Both the position numbers and the translations under genes were made by a program. Positions 63,591 to 64,000 of a DNA stretch of 64,000 bases are shown one piece after another; within the stretch, counting starts at the first letter, position 1; the number at the start of each line of letters is the position of its first letter. The DNA lies in the NCBI GenBank assembly GCA_964519265.1, contig CAZFHX010000009.1:11450-75449 (forward strand). Reading direction: 5' to 3'. This stretch comes from an uncultured Deferribacterales bacterium. GTDB lineage: Bacteria > Chrysiogenota > Deferribacteres > Deferribacterales > Calditerrivibrionaceae. Under the pieces are notes generated by a model. It was not told where the DNA came from, searched no databases, and worked only from the letters and a program-made list of their open reading frames with translations.

Positions 63591-64000
63591 CTATCTTACC
63601 TTCTCCCACTCAAATTTAGAAATATTTTTCTTAGTTGAATCAAACTCGATTCCAACAAGGTATATCGGTTTGCCGTAAGATAAGTATTTCTCAAAATATC
63701 TTTTCTCCTTCAACTGCTTCAAAGCATCATCGCCATCAACCTTAAACTCAATTATGTAAATCGCATTGGGCATTTTTAGGATAAGGTCTATCCTGCCTAA
63801 ATTTGTCACATCCTCACCGATTATCTCAAACCCCAAACTCTGTAAATAGACATAAATAATACTCGCATAAAACCCTTCGTAATTCGAAAGGTTGTTATTC
63901 GTGTAGTTGTTATATGGAATAGATGAAAAGACTGAAACAAGTTGATTTTTAAACCCTTCTAAATCCTCATTTAAAAGGGTCTTATATAGGTCAACCTTCT
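63591..64000 (-). CDS. C-terminal PD-(D/E)xK nuclease domain (PDDEXK_9/DUF1703 type) of a larger protein whose 5' part lies beyond the window end
   Basis: The frame stays open upstream of the track's start. Manual translation gives ...KVDLYKTLLNEDLEGFKNQLVSVFSSIPYNNYTNNNLSNYEGFYASIIYVYLQSLGFEIIGEDVTNLGRIDLILK...IYIIEFKVDG. This is typical of AAA-ATPase_like/PDDEXK_9 proteins. Confidence 0.7.
   Translation of the reverse strand, partial: KVDLYKTLLNEDLEGFKNQLVSVFSSIPYNNYTNNNLSNYEGFYASIIYVYLQSLGFEIIGEDVTNLGRIDLILKMPNAIYIIEFKVDGDDALKQLKEKRYFEKYLSYGKPIYLVGIEFDSTKKNISKFEWEKVR

Noticed and set aside
63591-64000. The PD-(D/E)xK nuclease-domain ORF at the window edge as part of a defence or mobile element
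   Set aside because: The sequence matches the common AAA-ATPase_like/PDDEXK_9 (DUF1703) architecture, which is widespread as a stand-alone gene. No integrase, transposase, repeats or partner defence genes are visible, and the gene is truncated by the window.
1-64000. CRISPR arrays, tRNA/rRNA genes, IS elements and prophage remnants
   Set aside because: All intergenic gaps over 60 nt were read on both strands (9223-9290, 14228-14301, 22261-22397, 29534-29609, 32820-33039, 33433-33520, 38020-38150, 39477-39769, 40610-40765). None contains spaced direct repeats, cloverleaf-compatible sequence or terminal inverted repeats. No transposase or integrase ORF is present.

Overview
AT-rich (about 35% GC by eye), very gene-dense chromosomal window with 65 supported CDS. 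I found no rRNA, tRNA, CRISPR array, transposase or integrase. Lineage is a guess only: the proteins are K/I/E-rich, and several features resemble Campylobacterota (flhF-flhG-small ORF-fliA-fliM-fliY order, CheA-REC without P2, CheZ, Csd4/Csd6-like peptidases). This would fit a Deferribacterota-like or related flagellated, possibly thermophilic, curved-rod bacterium. Layout: (1) 1-22260, minus strand. One long motility/chemotaxis block runs flhA-flhF-flhG-orf69-fliA-cheB-fliM-fliY, then a near-consensus sigma-70 promoter, then cheY-cheZ-cheA(REC) and three unknown membrane or secreted ORFs. It continues with a PAS-PP2C phosphatase, a STAS protein, a STAS-HEAT fusion, cheR, a small charged ORF, a PilZ protein, a membrane-anchored HTH protein, an unknown ORF, an RlmD-like methyltransferase and rmuC. 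(2) 22398-39515, minus strand. Housekeeping genes: tautomerase, usp, REC, tatD, metG, ricT, holB, tmk, MOSC-MoaB, sdhCDAB, a sigma-28-driven ORF with a flagellin-C-terminus-like tail, a PATAN(DUF4388)-J-domain-TPR protein, suhB-like, zapE and gltA. (3) 39770-63561, plus strand. An EamA transporter, then a tightly coupled 9-gene string: crotonase, polA, GAF-GGDEF, hisD, rpe, rsmF-like, REC-REC-GGDEF, and YkuD/NTF2 and M99/Csd4-like peptidoglycan peptidases. Next come a BMP-type nucleoside ABC transporter with xpt, a sensor kinase with a periplasmic CxxCH motif, and a lipid A/LPS remodelling cluster (GT2, LAB_N, ArnT-like, PAP2, ArnT-like). The most interesting items are: the kinase-less partner-switching module with a STAS-HEAT fusion inside the che operon; the sigma-28-driven flagellin-C-terminus-only protein; an identical 20-nt palindromic box upstream of both sdhCDAB and gltA; the Csd6/Csd4-like pair; and the heme-motif kinase next to the dual-ArnT cluster. 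All functional calls come from reading motifs by eye. No database search was run.
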